Positions 39,501 to 51,400 of a stretch of DNA of 64,000 nucleotides are shown here, piece by piece (the stretch's first letter is position 1; every line of letters starts with the position of its first letter). The position numbers and the translations under genes are program-made. This DNA comes from the human T2T-CHM13v2.0 reference genome, Homo sapiens. Below the pieces are notes generated by a model. The model had not been told where the DNA came from. It saw only the letters and a list, made by a program, of their open reading frames with translations, and did not search any database. Location: NCBI RefSeq assembly GCF_009914755.1, contig NC_060932.1; one strand, 5' to 3'.

Positions 39501-42500
39501 TTTGTAGAATCTGCAAGTGGATATTTGGATAGCTGTGAGGATTTCGTTGGAAACGGGAATGTCTTCATAGAAAATTTAGACAGAAGCATTCTCAGAACCT
39601 TGATTGTGATGTGTGTTCTCCACTAACAGAGTTGAACCTTTCTTTTGACAGAACTGTTCTGAAACATTCTTTTTATAGAATCTGGAAGTGGATATTTGGA
39701 AAGCTTTGAGGATTTCGTTGGAAACGGGAATATCTTCAAATCAAATCTAGCCAGAAGCATTCTAAGAAACATCTTAGGGATGTTTACATTCAAGTCACAG
39801 AGTTGAACATTCCCTTTCACAGAGCAGGTTTGAAACAATCTTCTCGTACTATCTGGAAGTGGACATTTTGAGCTCCTTGGGGCCTATGCTGAAAAAGGAA
39901 ATATCTTCCGACAAAAACTAGACAGAAGCATTCGCAGAATCACGTTTGTGATGTGTGCACTCAACTGTCAGAATTGAACCTTGGTTTGGACAGAGCACTT
40001 TTGAAACACTCTTTTTGTAGAATCTGCAGGTGGATATTTGGCTAGCTTTGAGGATTTCGTTGGAAACGGTAATGTCTTCAAAGAAAATCTAGACAGAAGC
40101 ATTCTCAGAAACACCTTCGTGATGTTTGCAATCAAGTCACAGAGTTGAACCTTCCGTTTCATAGAGCAGGTTGGAAACACTCTTTTTGTAGTATCTGGAA
40201 GTGGACATTTGGAGGGCTTTGTAGCCTATCTGGAAAAAGGAAATATCTTCCCATGAATGCGAGATAGAAGTAATCTCAGAAACATGTTTATGCTGTATCT
40301 ACTCAACTAACTGTGCTGAACATTTCTATTGATAGAGCAGTTTTGAGACACTCTTCTTTTGGAATCTGCAAGTGGATATTTGGATAGATTTGAGGATTTC
40401 GTTGGAAACGGGATTATATATAAAAAGTAGACAGCAGCATTCTCAGAAACTTCTTTGTGATGTTTGCATCCAGCTCTCAGAGTTGAACATTCCCTTTCAT
40501 AGAGTAGGTTTGAAACCCTCTTTTTATAGTGTCTGGAAGCGGGCATTTGGAGCGCTTTCAGGCCTATGCTTAAAATAGGAAATATCTACCTACAGAAACT
40601 AGACAGAAGCATTCTGAGAATCACGTTTGTGATGTGGGTACTCAACTAACAGTGTTGATCCATTCTTTTGATACAGCAGTTTTGAACCACACTTTTTGTA
40701 GAATCTGCAAGAGGATATTTGGATAGCTGCGAGGATTTCGTTGGAAACGGGAATGTCTTCAAAGAAAATCTAGACAGAAGCATTCTCAGAAACACCTTCG
40801 TGATGTTTGCAATCAAGTCACAGAGTTGAACCTTCCGTTTCATAGAGCAGGTTGGAAACACTCTTATTGTAGTATCTGGAAGTGGACATTTGGAGCGCTT
40901 TCAGGCCTATGGTGAAAAAGGAAATATCTTCCCATAAAAACGACATAGAAGCTATCTCAGGAACTTGTTTATGATGCATCTAATCAACTAACAGTGTTGA
41001 ACTTTTGTACTGACAGAGCAGTTTGAAACACTCTTTTTTTGGAATCTGCAAGTGGATATTTGGATCGCTTTGAGGATTTCGTTGGAAACGGGATGCAATA
41101 TAAAACGTACACAGCAGCATACTCAGAAAATACTTTGCCATATTTCCATTCAAGTCACAGAGTGGAACATTCCCATTCATAGAGCAGGTTGGAAACACTC
41201 TTTTTGGAGTATCTGGAAGTGGACATTTGGAGCGCTTTCTGAACTATGGTGAAAAAGGAAATATCTTCCAATGAAAACAAGACAGAAGCATTCTGAGAAA
41301 CTTATTTGTGATGTGTGTCCTCAACAAACGGACTTGAACCTTTCATTTCATGCAGTACTTCTGGAACACTCTTTTTGAAGATTCTGCATGCGGATATTTG
41401 GATAGCTTTGAGGATTTCGTTGGAAACGGGCTTACATGTAAAAATTAGACAGCAGCATTCTCAGAAACTTCTTTGTGGTGTCTGCATTCAAGTCACAGAA
41501 TTGAACTTCCCCTCACATAGAGCAGTTGTGCAGCACTCTATTTGTAGTATCTCGAAGTGGACATTTGGAGGGCTTTGTAGCCTATCTGGAAAAAGGAAAT
41601 ATCTTCCCATGAATGCGAGATAGAAGTAATCTCAGAAACATGTTTATGCTGTATCTACTCAACTAACTGTGCTGAACATTTCTATTGATAGAGCAGTTTT
41701 GAGACACTCTTCTTTTGGAATCTGCAAGTGGATATTTGGATAGATTTGAGGATTTCGTTGGAAACGGGATTATATATAAAAAGTAGACAGCAGCATTCTC
41801 AGAAACTTCTTTGTGATGTTTGCATCCAGCTCTCAGAGTTGAACATTCCCTTTCATAGAGTAGGTTTGAAACCCTCTTTTTATAGTGTCTGGAAGCGGGC
41901 ATTTGGAGCGCTTTCAGGCCTATGCTGAAAAAGGAAATATCTACCTATAGAAACTAGACAGAAGCATTCTGAGAATCACGTTTGTGATGTGGGTACTCAA
42001 CTAACAGTGTTGATCCATTCTTTTGATACAGCAGTTTTGAACCACACTTTTTGTAGAATCTGCAAGTGGATATTTGGATAGCTGTGAGGATTTCGTTGGA
42101 AACGGGAATGTCTTCATAGAAAATTTAGACAGAAGCATTCTCAGAACCTTGATTGTGATGTGTGTTCTCCACTAACAGAGTTGAACCTTTCTTTTGACAG
42201 AACTGTTCTGAAACATTCTTTTTATAGAATCTGGAAGTGGATATTTGGAAAGCTTTGAGGATTTCGTTGGAAACGGGAATATCTTCAAATAAAATCTAGC
42301 CAGAAGCATTCTAAGAAACATCTTAGGGATGTTTACATTCAAGTCACAGAGTTGAACATTCCCTTTCACAGAGCAGGTTTGAAACAATCTTCTCGTACTA
42401 TCTGGCAGTGGACATTTTGAGCTCTTTGGGGCCTATGCTGAAAAAGGAAATATCTTCCGACAAAAACTAGACAGAAGCATTCGCAGAATCACGTTTGTGA

Positions 42501-45500
42501 TGTGTGCACTCAACTGTCAGAATTGAACCTTGGTTTGGACAGAGCACTTTTGAAACACTCTTTTTGTAGAATCTGCAGGTGGATATTTGGCTAGCTTTGA
42601 GGATTTCGTTGGAAACGGTAATGTCTTCAAAGAAAATCTAGACAGAAGCATTCTCAGAAACACCTTCGTGATGTTTGCAATCAAGTCACAGAGTTGAACC
42701 TTCCGTTTCATAGAGCAGGTTGGAAACACTCTTTTTGTAGTATCTGGAAGTGGACATTTGGAGGGCTTTGTAGCCTATCTGGAAAAAGGAAATATCTTCC
42801 CATGAATGCGAGATAGAAGTAATCTCAGAAACATGTTTATGCTGTATCTACTCAACTAACTGTGCTGAACATTTCTATTGATAGAGCAGTTTTGAGACAC
42901 TCTTCTTTTGGAATCTGCAAGTGGATATTTGGATAGATTTGAGGATTTCGTTGGAAACGGGATTATATATAAAAAGTAGACAGCAGCATTCTCAGAAACT
43001 TCTTTGTGATGTTTGCATCCAGCTCTCAGAGTTGAACATTCCCTTTCATAGAGTAGGTTTGAAACCCTCTTTTTATAGTGTCTGGAAGCGGGCATTTGGA
43101 GCGCTTTCAGGCCTATGCTGAAAAAGGAAATATCTACCTATAGAAACTAGACAGAAGCATTCTGAGAATCACGTTTGTGATGTGGGTACTCAACTAACAG
43201 TGTTGATCCATTCTTTTGATACAGCAGTTTTGAACCACACTTTTTGTAGAATCTGCAAGTGGATATTTGGATAGCTGTGAGGATTTCGTTGGAAACGGGA
43301 ATGTCTTCATAGAAAATTTAGACAGAAGCATTCTCAGAACCTTGATTGTGATGTGTGTTCTCCACTAACAGAGTTGAACCTTTCTTTTGACAGAACTGTT
43401 CTGAAACATTCTTTTTATAGAATCTGGAAGTGGATATTTGGAAAGCTTTGAGGATTTCGTTGGAAACGGGAATATCTTCAAATAAAATCTAGCCAGAAGC
43501 ATTCTAAGAAACATCTCAGGGATGTTTACATTCAAGTCACAGAGTTGAACATTCCCTTTCACAGAGCAGGTTTGAAACAATCTTCTCGTACTATCTGGCA
43601 GTGGACATTTTGAGCTCTTTGGGGCCTATGCTGAAAAAGGAAATATCTTCCGACAAAAACTAGACAGAAGCATTCGCAGAATCACGTTTGTGATGTGTGC
43701 ACTCAACTCTCAGAATTGAACCTTGGTTTGGACAGAGCACTTTTGAAACACTCTTTTTGTAGAATCTGCAGGTGGATATTTGGCTAGCTTTGAGGATTTC
43801 GTTGGAAACGGTAATGTCTTCAAAGAAAATCTAGACAGAAGCATTCTCAGAAACACCTTCGTGATGTTTGCAATCAAGTCACAGAGTTGAACCTTCCGTT
43901 TCATAGAGCAGGTTGGAAACACACTTTTTGTAGTATCTGGAAGTGGACATTGGGAGGGCTTTGTAGCCTTTCTGGAAAAAGGAAATATCTTCCCATGAAT
44001 ACGAGATAGAAGTAATCTCAGAAACATGTTTATGCTGTATCTACTCAACTAACTGTGCTGAACATTTCTATTGATAGAGCAGTTTTGAGACACTCTTCTT
44101 TTGGAATCTGCAAGTGGATATTTGGATAGATTTGAGGATTTCGTTGGAAACGGGATTATATATAAAAAGTAGACAGCAGCATTCTCAGAAACTTCTTTGT
44201 GATGTTTGCATCCAGCTCTCAGAGTTGAACATTCCCTTTCATAGAGTAGGTTTGAAACCCTCTTTTTAAAGTGTCTGTAAGCGGGCATTTGGAGCGCTTT
44301 CAGGCCTATGCTGAAAAAGGAAATATCTACCTATAGAAACTAGACAGAAGCATTCTGAGAATCACGTTTGTGATGTGGGTACTCAACTAACAGTGTTGAT
44401 CCATTCTTTTGATACAGCAGTTTTGAACCACACTTTTTGTAGAATCTGCAAGTGGATATTTGGATAGCTGTGAGGATTTCGTTGGAAACGGGAATGTCTT
44501 CATAGAAAATTTAGACAGAAGCATTCTCAGAACCTTGATTGTGATGTGTGTTCTCCACTAACAGAGTTGAACCTTTCTTTTGACAGAACTGTTCTGAAAC
44601 ATTCTTTTTATAGAATCTGGAAGTGGATATTTGGAAAGCTTTGAGGATTTCGTTGGAAACGGGAATATCTTCAAATAAAATCTAGCCAGAAGCATTCTAA
44701 GAAACATCTTAGGGATGTTTACATTCAAGTCACAGAGTTGAACATTCCCTTTCACAGAGCAGGTTTGAAACAATCTTCTCGTACTATCTGGCAGTGGACA
44801 TTTTGAGCTCCTTGGGGCCTATGCTGAAAAAGGAAATATCTTCCAACAAAAACTAGACAGAAGCATTCGCAGAATCACGTTTGTGATGTGTGCACTCAAC
44901 TGTCAGAATTGAACCTTGGTTTGGACAGAGCACTTTTGAAACACTCTTTTTGTAGAATCTGCAGGTGGATATTTGGCTAGCTTTGAGGATTTCGTTGGAA
45001 ACGGTAATGTCTTCAAAGAAAATCTAGACAGAAGCATTCTCAGAAACACCTTCGTGATGTTTGCAATCAAGTCACAGAGTTGAACCTTCCGTTTCATAGA
45101 GCAGGTTGGAAACACTCTTTTTGTAGTATCTGGAAGTGGACATTTGGAGCGCTTTCAGGCCTATGGTGAAAAAGGAAATATCTTCCCATAAAAACGACAT
45201 AGAAGCTATCTCAGGAACTTGTTTATGATGCATCTAATCAACTAACAGTGTTGAACCTTTGTACTGACAGAGCAGTTTGAAACACTCTTTTTTTGGAATC
45301 TGCAAGTGGATATTTGGATCGCTTTGAGGATTTCGTTGGAAACGGGATGCAATATAAAACGTACACAGCAGCATACTCAGAAAATACTTTGCCATATTTC
45401 CATTCAAGTCACAGAGTGGAACATTCCCATTCATAGAGCAGGTTGGAAACACTCTTTTTGGAGTATCTGGAAGTGGACATTTGGAGCGCTTTCTGAACTA

Positions 45501-45542
45501 TGGTGAAAAAGGAAATATCTTCCAATGAAAACAAGACAGAAG

Positions 45543-47410
45543 CATTCTGAGAAACTTATTTGTGATGTGTGTCCTCAACAAACGGACTTGAACCTTTCGT
45601 TTCATGCAGTACTTCTGGAACACTCTTTTTGAAGATTCTGCATGCGGATATTTGGATAGCTTTGAGGATTTCGTTGGAAACGGGCTTACATGTAAAAATT
45701 AGACAGCAGCATTCTCAGAAACTTCTTTGTGGTGTCTGCATTCAAGTCACAGAATTGAACATCCCCTCACATAGAGCAGTTGTGCAGCACTCTATTTGTA
45801 GTATCTGGAAGTGGACATTTGGAGGGCTTTGTAGCCTATCTGGAAAAAGGAAATATCTTCCCATGAATGCGAGATAGAAGTAATCTCAGAAAGATGTTTA
45901 TGCTGTATCTACTCAACTAACTGTGCTGAACATTTCTATTGATAGAGCAGTTTTGAGACACTCTTCTTTTGGAATCTGCAAGTGGATATTTGGATAGATT
46001 TGAGGATTTCGTTGGAAACGGGATTATATATAAAAAGTAGACAGCAGCATTCTCAGAAACTTCTTTGTGATGTTTGCATCCAGCTCTCAGAGTTGAACAT
46101 TCCCTTTCATAGAGTAGGTTTGAAACCTTCTTTTTATAGTGTCTGGAAGCGGGCATTTGGAGCGCTTTCAGGCCTATGCTGAAAAAGGAAATATCTACCT
46201 ATAGAAACTAGACAGAAGCATTCTGAGAATCACGTTTGTGATGTGGGTACTCAACTAACAGTGTTGATCCATTCTTTTGATACAGCAGTTTTGAACCACA
46301 CTTTTTGTAGAATCTGCAAGTAGATATTTGGATAGCTGTGAAGATTTCGTTGGAAACGGGAATGTCTTCATAGAAAATTTAGACAGAAGCATTCTCAGAA
46401 CCTTGATTGTGATGTGTGTTCTCCACTAACAGAGTTGAACCTTTCTTTTGACAGAACTGTTCTGAAACATTCTTTTTATAGAATCTGGAAGTGGATATTT
46501 GGAAAGCTTTGAGGATTTCGTTGGAAACGGGAATATCTTCAAATAAAATCTAGCCAGAAGCATTCTAAGAAACATCTTAGGGATGTTTACATTCAAGTCA
46601 CAGAGTTGAACATTCCCTTTCACAGAGCAGGTTTGAAACAATCTTCTCGTACTATCTGGCAGTGGACATTTTGAGCTCCTTGGGGCCTATGCTGAAAAAG
46701 GAAATATCTTCCGACAAAAACTAGACAGAAGCATTCGCAGAATCACGTTTGTGATGTGTGCACTCAACTGTCAGAATTGAACCTTGGTTTGGACAGAGCA
46801 ATTTTGAAACACTCTTTTTGTAGAATCTGCAGGTGGATATTTGGCTAGCTTTGAGGATTTCGTTGGAAACGGTAATGTCTTCAAAGAAAATCTAGACAGA
46901 AGCATTCTCAGAAACACCTTCGTGATGTTTGCAATCAAGTCACAGAGTTGAACCTTCCGTTTCATAGAGCAGGTTGGAAACACTCTTTTTGTAGTATCTG
47001 GAAGTGGACATTTGGAGCGCTTTCAGGCCTATGGTGAAAAAGGAAATATCTTCCCATAAAAACGACATAGAAGCTATCTCAGGAACTTGTTTATGATGCA
47101 TCTAATCAACTAACAGTGTTGAACCTTTGTACTGACAGAGCAGTTTGAAACACTCTTTTTTTGGAATCTGCAAGTGGATATTTGGATCGCTTTGAGGATT
47201 TCGTTGGAAACGGGATGCAATATAAAACGTACACAGCAGCATACTCAGAAAATACTTTGCCATATTTCCATTCAAGTCACAGAGTGGAACATTCCCATTC
47301 ATAGAGCAGGTTTGAAACACTCTTTTTGGAGTATCTGGAAGTGGACATTTGGAGCGCTTTCTGAACTATGGTGAAAAAGGAAATATCTTCCAATGAAAAC
47401 AAGACAGAAG
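45543..47410 (+). repeat. Representative full 11-mer HOR (A-K), 1868 bp
   Basis: A-to-A spacing is 1868 bp (ORF markers 45569 and 47437), and all 11 monomer types occur once with no hybrid. A second example is 57117-58984. Confidence 0.95.
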
Positions 47411-47748
47411 CATTCTGAGAAACTTATTTGTGATGTGTGTCCTCAACAAACGGACTTGAACCTTTCGTTTCATGCAGTACTTCTGGAACACTCTTTTTGA
47501 AGATTCTGCATGCGGATATTTGGATAGCTTTGAGGATTTCGTTGGAAACGGGCTTACATGTAAAAATTAGACAGCAGCATTCTCAGAAACTTCTTTGTGG
47601 TGTCTGCATTCAAGTCACAGAATTGAACATCCCCTCACATAGAGCAGTTGTGCAGCACTCTATTTGTAGTATCTGGAAGTGGACATTTGGAGGGCTTTGT
47701 AGCCTATCTGGAAAAAGGAAATATCTTCCCATGAATGCGAGATAGAAG

Positions 47749-48428
47749 TAATCTCAGAAACATGTTTATGCTGTATCTACTCAACTAACTGTGCTGAACA
47801 TTTCTATTGATAGAGCAGTTTTGAGACACTCTTCTTTTGGAATCTGCAAGTGGATATTTGGATAGATTTGAGGATTTCGTTGGAAACGGGATTATATATA
47901 AAAAGTAGACAGCAGCATTCTCAGAAACTTCTTTGTGATGTTTGCATCCAGCTCTCAGAGTTGAACATTCCCTTTCATAGAGTAGGTTTGAAACCCTCTT
48001 TTTATAGTGTCTGGAAGCGGGCATTTGGAGCGCTTTCAGGCCTATGCTGAAAAAGGAAATATCTACCTATAGAAACTAGACAGAAGCATTCGCAGAATCA
48101 CGTTTGTGATGTGTGCACTCAACTCTCAGAATTGAACCTTGGTTTGGACAGAGCACTTTTGAAACACTCTTTTTGTAGAATCTGCAGGTGGATATTTGGC
48201 TAGCTTTGAGGATTTCGTTGGAAACGGTAATGTCTTCAAAGAAAATCTAGACAGAAGCATTCTCAGAAACACCTTCGTGATGTTTGCAATCAAGTCACAG
48301 AGTTGAACCTTCCGTTTCATAGAGCAGGTTGGAAACACTCTTTTTGTAGTATCTGGAAGTGGACATTTGGAGGGCTTTGTAGCCTATCTGGAAAAAGGAA
48401 ATATGTTCCCATGAATGCGAGATAGAAG
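47749..48428 (+). repeat. Single 4-mer HOR (C-D-H-I/B), 680 bp
   Basis: The end of D (CTACCTATAGAAACTAGACAGAAG) is followed directly by the start of H (CATTCGCAGAATC) at 48087. The C-to-C spacing is 680 bp. Confidence 0.93.
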
Positions 48429-51400
48429 TAATCTCAGAAACATGTTTATGCTGTATCTACTCAACTAACTGTGCTGAACATTTCTATTGATAGAGCAGTT
48501 TTGAGACACTCTTCTTTTGGAATCTGCAAGTGGATATTTGGATAGATTTGAGGATTTCGTTGGAAACGGGATTATATATAAAACGTAGACAGCAGCATTC
48601 TCAGAAACTTCTTTGTGATGTTTGCATCCAGCTCTCAGAGTTGAACATTCCCTTTCATAGAGTAGGTTTGAAACCCTCTTTTTATAGTGTCTGGAAGCGG
48701 GCATTTGGAGCACTTTCAGGCCTATGCTGAAAAAGGAAATATCTACCTATAGAAACTAGACAGAAGCATTCTGAGAATCACGTTTGTGATGTGGGTACTC
48801 AACTAACAGTGTTGATCCATTCTTTTGATACAGCAGTTTTGAACCACACTTTTTGTAGAATCTGCAAGTGGATATTTGGATAGCTGTGAGGATTTCGTTG
48901 GAAACGGGAATGTCTTCATAGAAAATTTAGACAGAAGCATTCTCAGAACCTTGATTGTGATGTGTGTTCTCCACTAACAGAGTTGAACCTTTCTTTTGAC
49001 AGAACTGTTCTGAAACATTCTTTTTATAGAATCTGGAAGTGGATATTTGGAAAGCTTTGAGGATTTCGTTGGAAACGGGAATATCTTCAAATCAAATCTA
49101 GCCAGAAGCATTCTAAGAAACATCTTAGGGATGTTTACATTCAAGTCACAGAGTTGAACATTCCCTTTCACAGAGCAGGTTTGAAACAATCTTCTCGTAC
49201 TATCTGGCAGTGGACATTTTGAGCTCCTTGGGGCCTATGCTGAAAAAGGAAATATCTTCCGACAAAAACTAGACAGAAGCATTCGCAGAATCACGTTTGT
49301 GATGTGTGCACTCAACTGTCAGAATTGAACCTTGGTTTGGACAGAGCACTTTTGAAACACTCTTTTTGTAGAATCTGCAGGTGGATATTTGGCTAGCTTT
49401 GAGGATTTCGTTGGAAACGGTAATGTCTTCAAAGAAAATCTAGACAGAAGCATTCTCAGAAACACCTTCGTGATGTTTGCAATCAAGTCACAGAGTTGAA
49501 CCTTCCGTTTCATAGAGCAGGTTGGAAACACTCTTTTTGTAGTATCTGGAAGTGGACATTTGGAGGGCTTTGTAGCCTATCTGGAAAAAGGAAATATCCT
49601 CCCATGAATGCGAGATAGAAGTAATCTCAGAAACATGTTTATGCTGTATCTACTCAACTAACTGTGCTGAACATTTCTATTGATAGAGCAGTTTTGAGAC
49701 ACTCTTCTTTTGGAATCTGCAAGTGGATATTTGGATAGATTTGAGGATTTCGTTGGAAACGGGATTATATATAAAAAGTAGACAGCAGCATTCTCAGAAA
49801 CTTCTTTGTGATGTTTGCATCCAGCTCTCAGAGTTGAACATTCCCTTTCATAGAGTAGGTTTGAAACCCTCTTTTTATAGTGTCTGGAAGCGGGCATTTG
49901 GAGCGCTTTCAGGCCTATGCTGAAAAAGGAAATATCTACCTATAGAAACTAGACAGAAGCATTCTGAGAATCACGTTTGTGATGTGGGTACTCAACTAAC
50001 AGTGTTGATCCATTCTTTTGATACAGCAGTTTTGAACCACACTTTTTGTAGAATCTGCAAGTGGATATTTGGATAGCTGTGAAGATTTCGTTGGAAACGG
50101 GAATGTCTTCATAGAAAATTTAGACAGAAGCATTCTCAGAACCTTGATTGTGATGTGTGTTCTCCACTAACAGAGTTGAACCTTTCTTTTGACAGAACTG
50201 TTCTGAAACATTCTTTTTATAGAATCTGGAAGTGGATATTTGGAAAGCTTTGAGGATTTCGTTGGAAACGGGAATATCTTCAAATCAAATCTAGCCAGAA
50301 GCATTCTAAGAAACATCTTAGGGATGTTTACATTCAAGTCACAGAGTTGAACATTCCCTTTCACAGAGCAGGTTTGAAACAATCTTCTCGTACTATGTGG
50401 CAGTGGACATTTTGAGCTCCTTGGGGCCTATGCTGAAAAAGGAAATATCTTCCGACAAAAACTAGACAGAAGCATTCGCAGAATCACGTTTGTGATGTGT
50501 GCACTCAACTCTCAGAATTGAACCTTGGTTTGGACAGAGCACTTTTGAAACACTCTTTTTGTAGAATCTGCAGGTGGATATTTGGCTAGCTTTGAGGATT
50601 TCGTTGGAAACGGTAATGTCTTCAAAGAAAATCTAGACAGAAGCATTCTCAGAAACACCTTCGTGATGTTTGCAATCAAGTCACAGAGTTGAACCTTCCG
50701 TTTCATAGAGCAGGTTGGAAACACTCTTTTTGTAGTATCTGGAAGTGGACATTTGGAGGGCTTTGTAGCCTATCTGGAAAAAGGAAATATCTTCCCATGA
50801 ATGCGAGATAGAAGTAATCTCAGAAACATGTTTATGCTGTATCTACTCAACTAACTGTGCTGAACATTTCTATTGATAGAGCAGTTTTGAGACACTCTTC
50901 TTTTGGAATCTGCAAGTGGATATTTGGATAGATTTGAGGATTTCGTTGGAAACGGGATTATACATCAAAAGTAGACAGCAGCATTCTCAGAAACTTCTTT
51001 GTGATGTTTGCATCCAGCTCTCAGAGTTGAACATTCCCTTTCATAGAGTAGGTTTGAAACCCTCTTTTTATAGTGTCTGGAAGCGGGCATTTGGAGCGCT
51101 TTCAGGCCTATGCTGAAAAAGGAAATATCTACCTATAGAAACTAGACAGAAGCATTCTGAGAATCACGTTTGTGATGTGGGTACTCAACTAACAGTGTTG
51201 ATCCATTCTTTTGATACAGCAGTTTTGAACCACACTTTTTGTAGAATCTGCAAGTGGATATTTGGATAGCTGTGAGGATTTCGTTGGAAACGGGAATGTC
51301 TTCATAGAAAATTTAGACAGAAGCATTCTCAGAACCTTGATTGTGATGTGTGTTCTCCACTAACAGAGTTGAACCTTTCTTTTGACAGAACTGTTCTGAA

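Larger units (their letters stand above)
349..41626 (+). repeat. Left domain: 13 7-mers interleaved with 19 8-mers (15-mer/8-mer mosaic)
   Basis: Monomer C starts are spaced only 1193/1194 or 1356 bp apart; 13x1193+5+19x1356=41278 bp, exactly the span. There is no 11-mer, no 4-mer and no pair of adjacent 7-mers. Confidence 0.95.
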
